The notes under the pieces are model-generated. The model ran no database searches. It had not been told where the DNA came from and saw only the letters and a list, made by a program, of their open reading frames with translations. Below, piece after piece: positions 49,349-64,000 of a DNA stretch of 64,000 bases. The stretch is taken from assembly GCA_025603075.1 (NCBI GenBank), contig MU626265.1, positions 124,001 through 188,000 of the forward strand, written 5' to 3'. The position numbers were made by a program, and so were the translations under genes. The stretch is from Neoconidiobolus thromboides FSU 785. Its lineage: Eukaryota; Fungi; Entomophthoromycota. Each line of letters begins with the position of its first letter. Positions within the stretch are counted from its first letter, which is position 1.

Positions 49349-50802
49349 CTATTCGTCATCTTCATCAGAAGTTTCTTCTTCAGCTTCTCTATAAAATAGA
49401 ATTAATGATTGCTCAATTGCTTAAATCATAATAAACTTACTCTAACCAACTAAGAAAAGGTTGGGCCTTTTCCTTAATAGTTTTACTAATCTTCTTATCC
49501 ACATATTTCTTACTAGGCTTTTCTCCCCACTTTAAAAAGATTTCCTCTTCAACTAAGTCGAAGTCGTAAATCAATTTAAGAATAACAGGTACTTTGGCCA
49601 TAAGATTAGGAAAAGTAATACCAACTAAACGTTCAATTCCACCCAATAAAGCTTTTTGATGTTTTTCTCCAGTGATAAACTATGTCGAGTTAGTATATTG
49701 CTTATTATAAATATTATCAGTTTACCTTGCGTAGCAATTTAACTCTTTTAGGAAGCTGAGAAACAATTTTTTCATTAAAGATAACTTGAACTAATACTTG
49801 GACAGTACGGTGCTTTCCTAAAACGCCATGCTCTTCGGCGCATTTAATGATTTCTTCATCACTGACAGAAACGTTTCCTTCCAATTCAGTGCCAAACTTT
49901 TCATATGGATTATCACCTTCATCCTCATCATCATCGTCTAAAATAAGGCTATTAATACCTTCTTGGAGTTCTTTGGTACGCTTTTCAATAGCTTCTGCTG
50001 ACATATCGACAGCCCAATCATTGTCATCAACTTCTACATTAGCAAGTTGAGCCGCTTCACGGTTGATTCTTGCAGTAAGTTCATCTTCGTCATCAGATTC
50101 CTTTTGTTCGGGGCTCCCTCCTCCGAAAGTGCCATCCTCTGAAGCTTTAACTGATTTCTTACTAAAATACTGTCAATATAAAAACAAATATCTATAAATT
50201 TCAACTACATTTTCTTTGGAGGTGGTGGAGGGTTCTTAATAATAAAAACAGAGAGACGATGCTTCATATCAACACCAGAACGTTTTCCACAGGCTTTACA
50301 ATCTCTAATGATTGATTGGTCTTTAAGAATAAACTAAAAATCATTTAGTTTTTGTTTACGGATTAAAATAAAAATAGCTACTAAATCAGTTTCTGGATTT
50401 TTACATTCTTTACACAATACAAATTTTTCAATAAACAAGTATAATAAATCTTGAAGCTTTTCGGCTTCATGCGCTCCATTTACAATATATCTATCATTTT
50501 TAGCTTCACTTTTAACTTGTGCACCTAACTCACATCCAAAGAATTTGGTTGGGTCTAAATTAATTAATATATGAAATCAAACTACAAGTACTAGTATTAC
50601 ATTCAGGTGGACGACTTAAAGCTTTAGCAATCTCTGGCATATTTGGAATGACAGTTTTAATACCATTACCTTTACCTTCAATCTAAAATAATTAATAATT
50701 AAATTGTAAATAAACCAAAATCTTTACCTTTGAGATAAGCTTTGGCATTTTGTAACGATAGAAAGGATCGTTATTATCACGACGGATGTTAATGTTAGTC
50801 AT
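49349..50802 (-). CDS. TIF5: Translation initiation factor eIF5, multi-exon
   Basis: [52 protein letters not shown]2-domain AQPFLSWL. Confidence 0.96.
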
Positions 50803-51838
50803 TTTCTATCTCCGTTAAATTTTACTTTTTTAGAATGAATAAATCCTTACTATTTAATTTGGTTAACTTTTAATTATATTGAAATTTACACTTATATTTT
50901 AATCGTATATGAGATATAGTTGTAAAGGTATTAAAATTAAAAAACATAAGCCTTCTTCTTTGTAATTGCTTCAATTTATATATAGATGGAATTTGGATGT
51001 AGGTTAATTCCTTTTCAATTTAGCTTTGAGAAAAGAGTAAGTTATTTAAATTTCTTGATTATTTATTCTCTACTGCCCTTATGTTGATTGGCTCAACTAC
51101 GGGCTTAGCTTCCCACCATTGGTGGGGTGTTGGGGTGGTTTACTCGTTTTGAAAGCAAATAGCCAATAAAGTTGACTTTTTAAGGAATTTTTAAGTTTTT
51201 TAAACTTGAATAACAATATATTTCATTTAATGAGAGTAAATTGAAAATATTTTACTCCGACTTTCGCAGCTTTTAATTGAGTAAATTGTGTTTAGTCTAC
51301 AAGGCAATAATTGTATTCATACCACAACCCATCCTTATTCATTAATTTAAAAGTTTGAATAAGTAAATTTGGTATCAATTAATCAATGTATAATATTATA
51401 AGGCCACCATATGAAGCTACAGCTTCACTACCTTAAATACATTGCTTTCATATTTTATAATATATCATTTTTAAAGGCCGATTTCCCAATCAAAATGTTT
51501 ATCCGAATATTTGTTCTTTTAAATCAATGTTAAAATCTTTTACTAGTGTTTCTTTTGACCTTTAGGTTAAGATTGTTGATTACCGCCTCCTTTCCTCTCC
51601 TCAATATCGTATTGTTGTCCTTTGTTTCTAGCTGTCTAGATTTAGTCTAAGTCTTATTTCTTCTTCTTATTGCTTATCTACTATTCCTTAGGAATTACTT
51701 CTTGCTGCAGTTTCTATTTTCTTTTCACTTTTCATTGTTCATAAAATAGTGCTCCTTAGGTAAGGATCAAAAAAATTAATGTTTAAATTATATTAAAATT
51801 CTAGCAAATGAGCTTAACAAAGTTACTTTTTGGTATAT

Positions 51839-51931
51839 GAGGATGTTTTTTGATTTCACTTTTTCTATTTTTAAGCGCTATTTGAGTCGAAAAATTGTTA
51901 GTAAAATTCTTAAATACAAAAATACATCTCC
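51839..51931 (-). mobile_element. MITE copy
   Basis: TSD ATAT/ATAT. Confidence 0.9.
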
Positions 51932-53266
51932 ATATTTTAAATTATTGAATATTATTGATTTATATTAAAAATGCAATAAAACACACATAATTTTATTAAG
52001 AATAAATTCTGTAAAAAGATACTTTTTTATATTTGTGAATCACAATTCAAACAAAAAGTAAAATTTATAAGATCAAACTTAATATAAAATGAAATGTGAA
52101 ATAAATTTTAATGAATCTATATTTTTCTAACAGAGTTCTTAAAATAATAAACAATAGATTACACCATAGTATTAATAAAATAAAGTTATTTAAACGAATT
52201 TATTAATAAAACTTTCAAGTCGTGACTTTATTTTTCCGTTAAAAAGCCCGTCTGCAAAGATATTAAAATAACAAGTTTCTATATATCATAATGTTAGATA
52301 CATATAAGATTATTAAATTTATAATATTTATAATATTTATAATTCAATATTTACAAAAAAGTTAAAGTGATTTAAAAAACATATCTTAGAAATTATTTAA
52401 CTAAATTTTATTCTCTAAAATACAGTTATATGCTATATTTATATGTTATTATGGTAGTTAAAGTGATCTTGTTAACGGCTAATAATGCTACAATAAAAAT
52501 TATATTGTAATAACAGCTGCATTAAAATTCTAAAAAATAAGTTGCAATGAATATTATTTTACGTTTTCAAAAGCATGCATGCTACGCTGTTAGTATTTAA
52601 AAAAGGTATTTTGATCAAAATTATGCCAATTTTTAATATTCATATACCAAGGTCAGTATATATAAGAGAATCGATTATAAGTAATATTGATAAGTACACA
52701 TTAAAGGTAAAATTTTATAGTCAACAGTTCCGTATAGTAATACATTAAATATCAAATTAGATTCATGAGCTATAAACTATGAGCATGCTTAATATAATTA
52801 ATTTGATCACAATATGTTAAATTATAAATGGGTATAAGTAAACCTTTAGTTGATAATTTATTTTATATGAATATTTAATTCTTTTATTTATACTAAAACA
52901 AATAGTTATTTATAGTCAAAAAATGAATTGAATTTTGCATTTTTCTCTTTTGCATAAAAATTCAATTCCTAAAAAGTTTACACAACTGAAGTCAAAATTT
53001 CAATTGAATTTTATATGAGCGGTTATAGCTGATTCTATATTTAATTAACAATCATCAAAGCATTTATTGATACATCAACATAAACTATTTAATTTTGTCT
53101 AATAATTTAATCGGATTTAAATCTCACTCTTACCTACTACTTATTTGAAATAAGACTAGTTTAAGGTCCTTTAATTAATTGACTAAGCCACACCTCTTTC
53201 TTAACCCAATTAACCTAATCTATACAAAACAAAACGAAAAGTATAATAGCAAACTTAAAATCAACT

Positions 53267-56466
<3,200 letters not shown>

Positions 56467-56801
56467 TATAATTTAAAAACTTTGTTGGTTGGCATTAATT
56501 TAATAACTTTAAAATTTTTGTTAAATCTTGTTCTTATCTTGTTATAAAACTAACTTGGAGTTTTGAAAATAAATTAATTAGAATTTTTTAGCGATTATTA
56601 TTTGATCAATTTTAAAAAAGTTATTTATTTTATTAATGTGTTAAATGATTTACAAAAGTTGATTTTCATATATTCTTTTTTATTGCTTTATAGCTACTGA
56701 CTTTATTGTATTAATCAAAAGCAGGTCGATACGAATAGAAGGCATAAATCAAGAAAGAAGCCTTGGTTGATCTATTCCAAAGTGTAAATCTTCTACTTTG
56801 T

Positions 56802-57316
56802 TTAATCGCCTGAGCAACAACCTCTACAACCACAATGAACACACTCAACCACCCTACCTTCTTCAAGTTTTGATTTAGGTACACGACAAATACAAGTGTT
56901 ACCAAAATTGGTATCTTTTGGCTGTACACATCTTAAGCAGCACAATTTTTCAAACCCTGGCTTCTTCCATTTAGCAATCAAGTTTCTATCAGCAATATTG
57001 ATTTTGACACAATATTCAAAAACTTCTTTGGAAATTGTTTTTCTTTTATAATACATTTCATAGATGTATCTATTTCTTTGATGATGGACTCGAAAGATTG
57101 GCCATAATGCTTCAACTTTACGTTTACCTTCATGCTGTTCATTTTCAGCTAAATATTATTTACTCTTATTAATAGTTGTATTTATAAGGTTCTAAATGTA
57201 AGAATATACTACTTACCTTCACGCATCTTTGTAGCAAACTCTTGTAATACTGGTGCTATCTTTTCAAATCCTTCAGGTGCTTTTTTTCCCTTATGTATTA
57301 GCTTTCTTCTATACAT
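56802..57316 (-). CDS. BUD31: Splicing factor Bud31/G10
   Basis: [68 protein letters not shown]. Confidence 0.97.
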
Positions 57317-57634
57317 TTTGCTATATACTCTCAACCGATTTTTTTCTAGACAATTACTAGTGAATGAATAGGAAATAAAATTTTAAAGTTTAAAATAGTT
57401 ACTTTTATTTGCTTTTATAAATTTTAACCAAATCAAATGAAACTTAGTCCTTTTCTTGCAGCTATTTTTACCTGAGCAAAGCCTAAAGCTTGATTGGCTA
57501 ATTAACTGACAACTAAAATGAGGCCTAAGTTCAAAAGATTGGGCCAAGTAAAATTAGCCAACCAGATTTAGCTAGTATCAAAAATTTATTGAAAGTAAAA
57601 ACTCATTTTGTTTATAAATAAATAAAATAAAACT

Positions 57635-59848
57635 ATGGTATTATTAATAACAATAATATATAGGCATAATAATAACCCTTTTATTTAGTCTTTAGCACCA
57701 ATTCAAATTTTAGCTGATAATTCCACCGAAGAGCGTGCTGAAAACGCCCGTTTAGTAAGCTACAGCACGATATATAAACAATGATACTAATAATAATATA
57801 GTCTTCTTTTATCGGAGCTATTGCTGTAGGAGATTTAGTAAAGAGTACTTTAGGTCCAAAAGGAATGGTAAATAAAAAATCATATCAGTGATTTCCATTA
57901 ATATTTAAAAATAGGACAAAATTTTACAAAGTTCATCTACTGGTGAAATTATGGTAACCAATGATGGAGCTACTATCCTTAAGTCTATTGCACTCGATAA
58001 TGCAGCAGCTAAAGTATTAGTTAATCTATCCAAAGTACAAGATGATGAAGTTGGTGATGGTACAACTTCCGTTTGCGTTTTAGCTGCTGAACTTTTAAGA
58101 GAAGCTGAAAAACTTATTAACTTAAGAATTCATCCACAAACTATTATTGATGGTTTCCGTATTGCTTCTAAAGCTGCCTATGAGGCTCTCGCTGAAGCTG
58201 CTATTGATAATAGGTATTTTTTAATATTAATCAAAGCTGAATAGGACTTATTGTTTTAGTGCTTCAACTGAAGACTTTAGAAAAGATCTCGTTAATATTG
58301 CTCGTACTACTTTAAGTTCTAAAGTTTTATCCTCTGATAAAGAATACTTTTCTAACCTTGCAGTAGATGCTGTTTTAAGATTAAAGGTAGTCATAATAGT
58401 AATATAATAGAAATTCAAAGCTAATGTTGGTTGTAGGGTAGCACCAACTTAGAAAACATTCAAATTATCAAAAAAGTAGGAGGGAAACTTTCAGATTCCT
58501 TTTTAGATGAAGGTAATTACTTATAGGTATCTTTTTAGATAAATTTTAATATTTTTAAAGGTTTTATTCTTGACAAAAAAATTGGTGTAAACCAACCTAA
58601 ACGTATTGAAAATGCTAAAATTCTTATTGCCAATACATGTAAGTCTCAATTATTTTAGTAAAAAATTATATTAAATCTATTTTTATAGCTATGGATACTG
58701 ACAAAATTAAAATCTTTGGTGCTAGAGTAAAAGTAGATGCAACCGGAAAGTTGGCTGAATTAGAAAGAGCTGAAAGAGTAAAGATATATTTAATCGTAGC
58801 AGAAAAGAAAACTTATAATTGATTAGGAAAAAATGAAGGAAAAGGTAGAAAAAATTAAAGCCCATGGCATTAACTGCTTTGTCAATCGCCAATTAATTTA
58901 TAACTGGCCTGAACAGCTTTTTGCTGATTCTGGTATTATGGCCATTGAGCATGCTGATTTCGATGGTGTTGAGCGTCTTTCTTTAGTTACAGGTAATGTT
59001 CGATTTAGTATTTGTTAAATTTTTTATTAATGTTAAAGGCGGTGAAATTGCTTCTACTTTTGATCATCCCGATTTAGTTAAAGTTGGTCACTGTGATTTG
59101 ATTGAAGAAATCATTATTGGTGAAGATAAAATGATTAAATTTTCTGGTGTTGCTGCCGGTGAAGCTTGTACTGTTGTTTTACGTGGTGCTACCAATCAAC
59201 TATTAGATGAAGCTGAACGTTCTCTTCATGATGCTTTATCTGTTTTATCACAAACTGTTAAACAACCAAAAACTGTTTTAGGTGGAGGTAAGTTAAAACA
59301 AAGTTTAATAATTTTTTATTTAACATCAGTTTAGGATGCTCTGAAATGCTAATGTCAAAAGCTGCTGAAGAAATTGCTTCAAAAACTCCGGGTAAAAAAG
59401 CTATGGCTATTGAAGCTTTTGCAAGAGCTCTTCGTCAGGTAAAAATTTAGTTAGCCTTATTTAACTATGAGCCTAAAACAAATTTTAGCTTCCAACCTAT
59501 CTTGCTGATAATGCAGGTTATGATAGTTCTGAATTAGTTTCCCAACTTCGTTCAGCTCATTATGAAGGACTCAATGAAAGTGGACTTGGTAAGATCTCTT
59601 GTTTTTATAAAATTAATTATTTATTAACAATAACTAGATATGTATAATGGCAAAGTAGCTAATGTACGTGAACTTGGGGTGACAGAATCTTATAAGCTAA
59701 AGTCACAGGTTTTATTAAGTGCTTCAGAAGCAGCTGAAATGATCATTAGAGTTGATGATATTATTCGTGCTGCTCCAAGGTAACTCATTATCATAAAGTT
59801 GATAATGTAAACTAATAGTTGTTTTATAGACCACGTGATAGACATTAG
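57635..59848 (+). CDS. CCT2: Chaperonin CCT subunit beta; many short introns, first coding exon is only ATG
   Basis: EERAENARL|[57 protein letters not shown]-like, [11 protein letters not shown]. Confidence 0.97.
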
Positions 59849-60082
59849 AAATTTTAATAAAAAAAATAAAAGATTAAATGAATGCTAAATAAAAGCTAGG
59901 AGAAGACATTTATGTTTTTTATATTACTAATGTTTGTTTATGCTATATTAAAATTCTAATCAAAATTCTTGATGTATAATAGATTCATTACAATTATACT
60001 TATTGTAGTATTTATTTGGGTTTTTTAACTATAGATGGTTTAAAAAGCTTCAAGTCTTAGATAATTTATAGAACAATTATGT

Positions 60083-60179
60083 GAGGATATTTTTTGGTTT
60101 CATTACTTTTTCCATTTTTTAAGCGCTATTTGAGTGAAAAGATTTTTAGTAAAATTCTTAAATACAAAAATACAGCCTC
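60083..60179 (-). mobile_element. MITE copy
   Basis: Flanks ATGT/ATAT. Confidence 0.88.
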
Positions 60180-60991
60180 ATATATATTTATTAAAAGATG
60201 ATATTTAATTTGTTTATTTTTAAATATTAATGTTAATAAATAATAAAAATAAATTGTAAGATCAATGATTAGATCGAGCAATAAGTATAAATAAAATTAG
60301 ACTAATAACTTTGTCTAAAATAAGACTTAAACACTAATATAGGTTTAGTGACAATGAATATGAAAATAAAAATAAATTATTTTTTAAATTAGAATAGTTT
60401 TTTGAACGTAAGTACATTAAAAGATTAAGAAAAAAATCAAAGAAAAGATAATGAAATAATAATAATAATTTACATTTTAATAATATTAACTTCTGAATTG
60501 AAAGTTTTATTTAACTAATTTATTTATAAACATTTAAATAATTTTTAAAATATATCTAAAATGACAGCTAAATTTTAATTTTACGAAATCAATTAAGTTT
60601 TAAAGTAGTTTTCCATTTAAACACGTTTTCCATCATGAAACTTAAAACAATTCTACAATCTTCCAAAATTTGGAATTATTTTTGATGAGGCTTATGATTT
60701 ATTATTCGATAAACAATCTTTTTAATAGAGTCATAGCGGTGATTATCCAACAATTTTATTATATTTTACACAATCTGTTATATTTAGGTACATTATAAAA
60801 TAGTAGTAATATGAACTCATAAATATTATGGACTATTTTTTATATTAAGTTTAATATTTCTAAATATTAAAAAATGTTGTAATTATGAGTTAATTATTCT
60901 TAACCAATGAAATGCTAGCTCATCGCAAATTCAAAGTGATTATGATAACGAATCAAAATAAAGGAAGGAGGTAACTTTAGTAGTATTTACT

Positions 60992-61006
60992 TGAATCTTC
61001 TAGAAA
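60992..61006 (+). promoter_or_regulatory. Perfect three-unit heat-shock element upstream of HSP70 (CCAAT at 61016, TATAAAA at 61062)
   Basis: tGAAt-cTTCt-aGAAa = nGAAn-nTTCn-nGAAn, ~135 bp before the ATG. Confidence 0.8.
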
Positions 61007-61138
61007 AAGAAAGAGCCAATTAGTGATTACTCAAGCATTATTATACAAATACTCGAAATAGTATAAAAAGATAAAAAAGTCAAATTGGTCATTTATTAGA
61101 AATCTTATATATCTTCTCATTGTATAAATTTATAAAAT

Positions 61139-63115
61139 ATGTCTAAATCTCGTGCTATTGGTATTGATTTAGGTACCACTTACTCATGTGTAGGTGTATG
61201 GCAAAATGATCGTTGTGAAATTATTGCTAACGATCAAGGTAACCGTACTACCCCATCTTATGTTGCTTTCACTGACTCTGAACGTTTAATTGGTGATGCT
61301 GCTAAAAATCAAGTCGCTATGAACCCATACAACACCGTTTTCGATGCTAAACGTCTTATTGGTCGTCGTTTTGATGAACCAGAAGTTCAATCCGATATGA
61401 AACATTGGCCATTCAAAGTTATTGATAAATCAACTAAACCAATTATCCAAGTTGAATATAAAGGTGAAACTAAACAATTCACTCCAGAAGAAATTTCTTC
61501 AATGGTCCTCATTAAAATGAGGGAAACTGCTGAAGCTTATCTTGGTACAACCGTTACTGATGCCGTTGTCACTGTCCCAGCTTACTTCAATGATTCTCAA
61601 CGTCAAGCTACTAAAGATGCTGGTGCTATTGCTGGTCTTAATGTTCTCCGTATCATTAACGAACCTACTGCTGCTGCTATTGCTTACGGTCTTGACTCCA
61701 AGACCACTGGTGAAAAGAATGTCCTTATCTTTGATTTAGGAGGTGGTACTTTTGATGTTTCCCTTTTATCTATTGAAGATGGTATCTTTGAAGTTAAAGC
61801 TACTGCTGGTGATACTCATTTAGGTGGTGAAGATTTTGATAATCGTCTTGTTAATCACTTTATGCAAGAATTCAAGCGTAAAAACAAGAAAGATATCTCT
61901 TCAAATGCTCGTGCTATGCGTCGTCTCCGTACTGCTTGTGAACGTGCTAAGCGTACTCTTTCTTCTGCTGCTCAAACTTCTATTGAAATTGATTCCCTCT
62001 TCGAAGGTATTGATTTCTATACCTCCATTACCCGTGCTCGTTTCGAAGAACTTTGTCAAGATCTTTTCCGTTCCACTGTTGATCCAGTAGAAAAAGTACT
62101 TCGTGACTCCAAGATTGATAAATCTGCTGTCAATGAAATTGTACTTGTTGGTGGTTCTACTCGTATTCCAAAGATCCAAAAGCTTGTTTCTGACTATTTC
62201 AATGGTAAAGAACCAAATAAGTCTATTAACCCTGATGAAGCTGTTGCTTATGGTGCCGCTGTCCAAGCTGCTATCTTAACTGGTGATACCTCTGAAAAGA
62301 CTCAAGATCTTTTACTTCTTGATGTTGCTCCACTTTCTCTTGGTATTGAAACTGCTGGTGGTGTCATGACTCCACTTATTAAACGTAATACCACTGTTCC
62401 AACCAAGAAATCTGAAACTTTCTCTACTTATGCTGATAACCAACCTGGTGTATTAATCCAAGTATTCGAAGGTGAACGTGCCCGTACTAAGGATAACAAT
62501 TTATTAGGTAAATTCGAATTATCAGGTATCCCACCAGCACCACGTGGTGTTCCACAAATTGAAGTTTCCTTTGATATTGATGCTAATGGTATCTTAAACG
62601 TTACTGCTGCTGATAAATCTACTGGTCGTTCTAATAAGATTACTATTACTAACGATAAAGGTCGTCTTTCTAAAGAAGATATTGAACGTATGGTTGCTGA
62701 AGCTGAAAAATATAAATCTGAAGATGAAGCTGCTGCTGCCCGTATCTCAGCTAAGAACGGACTTGAATCTTATGCTTATAATTTACGTAATACCCTTAAT
62801 GATGAAAAGGTTGCTGGTAAATTAGAGGCTGCTGATAAAGAAAAACTTGAAGCTGCTATTAAAGAAGCCACTGAATGGTTAGATAACTCTCATGAAGCTT
62901 CTAAAGAAGAGTATGAAGAGCGTCAAAAGGAACTTGAAGGTGTAGCTAACCCAATCATGGCTAAGATCTACGCTGCTGGAGGTGCCCCAGGCGCTGAAGG
63001 AGGTTTCCCAGGAGGTTTCCCAGGAGGCGCTCCAGGAGGCGCTCCAGGAGGTTTCCCAGGTGCTCCACCAGCAGGTCCAGGTGCTGATGGACCAACCATT
63101 GAAGAAGTTGATTAA
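61139..63115 (+). CDS. HSP70: Cytosolic Hsp70 (SSA-type), intronless
   Basis: [29 protein letters not shown] repeats, terminal GPTIEEVD. Confidence 0.99.
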   Translation: MSKSRAIGIDLGTTYSCVGVWQNDRCEIIANDQGNRTTPSYVAFTDSERLIGDAAKNQVAMNPYNTVFDAKRLIGRRFDEPEVQSDMKHWPFKVIDKSTKPIIQVEYKGETKQFTPEEISSMVLIKMRETAEAYLGTTVTDAVVTVPAYFNDSQRQATKDAGAIAGLNVLRIINEPTAAAIAYGLDSKTTGEKNVLIFDLGGGTFDVSLLSIEDGIFEVKATAGDTHLGGEDFDNRLVNHFMQEFKRKNKKDISSNARAMRRLRTACERAKRTLSSAAQTSIEIDSLFEGIDFYTSITRARFEELCQDLFRSTVDPVEKVLRDSKIDKSAVNEIVLVGGSTRIPKIQKLVSDYFNGKEPNKSINPDEAVAYGAAVQAAILTGDTSEKTQDLLLLDVAPLSLGIETAGGVMTPLIKRNTTVPTKKSETFSTYADNQPGVLIQVFEGERARTKDNNLLGKFELSGIPPAPRGVPQIEVSFDIDANGILNVTAADKSTGRSNKITITNDKGRLSKEDIERMVAEAEKYKSEDEAAAARISAKNGLESYAYNLRNTLNDEKVAGKLEAADKEKLEAAIKEATEWLDNSHEASKEEYEERQKELEGVANPIMAKIYAAGGAPGAEGGFPGGFPGGAPGGAPGGFPGAPPAGPGADGPTIEEVD

Positions 63116-63300
63116 TTTATTGTCGGTAGATTTTCAAAAGAATAGTTGTTTATTAAACAATTCTATATAGCTAACCAAAAAAATATATTAATATAACTAT
63201 AATTATATAATAAAAATAAAATCTGTTATTTAAAAATTGCAAGTTTTTGATTTTTTAGATTATTTCTTTTTTTAATTTATTTAGCTCAAGTTTATTTCGA

Positions 63301-64000
63301 ATGACAATTAATCAAAAGATTCATTTAGATTTCAATAGTTATTGTTTGGATTGGTCCAATAGTTTAGATAACAGAATAGCAATAAGTAGTTTTCAATCAA
63401 AGGATAATAAGGTAAATAAAACAGTATTAATATATAACGATATATAATACAATATACAATATTTATAATTTTAATAGATAGTAGTCTATGATATAGACTT
63501 AGAACAAGAAAATAATCCACAGGTGCCAGTAGAAATTCATCAATTATACTCACCAACAAATATATTATTTGAACCAAAAAGTGTAAGTTTTAATTAGAAT
63601 AGATAATATAATAATAATATCAATGATAATGATAATAAAAGACTCATCCAACACATGAGTGGTTAGCTTCCAGTACCGATGTGTTAAACTTATACAAAAT
63701 ACCCACTAGTTTGGAACCTATTGAACATTTAACAAGTTATCAATTAATTAATGTAAGTCACACTATTTCTCAATGAATTCACTAAAGTCTTCAATTTATA
63801 GACTCGTAACTTGGAATTAGCTCCATTAACTAGTTTTGATTGGAGTGAATGTGATAGTAATTTAATAGTTACTTCGAGTATTGATACCACATGTACCATT
63901 TGGGATTTAGAATTACAGAAAATTAAAACTCAGTTAATTGCTCATGATTCGGAGGTATTTGATGTACAATTTGCTTCCAATAATTCCAAAGAAGTGTTTG
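63301..64000 (+). CDS. DCAF7: WD40 protein DCAF7/WDR68/AN11 family, partial (runs off the window)
   Basis: Spliced [74 protein letters not shown]. Confidence 0.92.

Noticed and set aside
51112-51140. G-rich tract upstream of eIF5 as a G-quadruplex
   Set aside because: Only two long G-runs; insufficient for a canonical G4
62985-63066. 12-bp tandem repeat
   Set aside because: Normal GGFP/GGAP tail of cytosolic Hsp70
61542-63170. Alternative-frame and antisense ORFs inside HSP70 (61542, 61824, 61901 minus, 62982)
   Set aside because: Shadows of strong codon bias; antisense ORFs are a well-known Hsp70 artefact

Overview
AT-rich, intron-rich eukaryotic DNA with short (~45-60 nt) GT-AG introns. 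Gene content suggests an early-diverging fungus, possibly Entomophthorales/Conidiobolus-like (inference only). The window has two halves. The left ~35 kb is transposon-rich and gene-sparse: mL40, two REEP/HVA22 paralogs, a GH16 glucanase, two tandem P450s, an F-box protein, PRS1, a pinin-like gene and one orphan secreted Cys-rich protein. The right ~29 kb is a compact housekeeping block: GPN2, a degenerate Hv-like voltage-sensor protein, CDC42, ACMSD, a small HSP, LAMTOR5, two PPR genes, VMA7, eIF5, Yak1, BUD31, CCT2, HSP70 and a partial DCAF7. Pinin, LAMTOR5, VMA7 and DCAF7 are not represented by any translated ORF in the track and were assembled by hand from exons. The most notable system is a DNA transposon family that can be reconstructed. 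About 27 copies of a ~98-bp MITE carry GGGGATGT..ACATCCCC ends and 4-bp TSDs, mostly AWWT. A DDD-type, Sola-like transposase becomes a stop-free 329-aa ORF once a solo LTR and one of the MITEs are removed, and two longer termini share the MITE TIR. Four solo LTRs of one ~463-bp family are also present.
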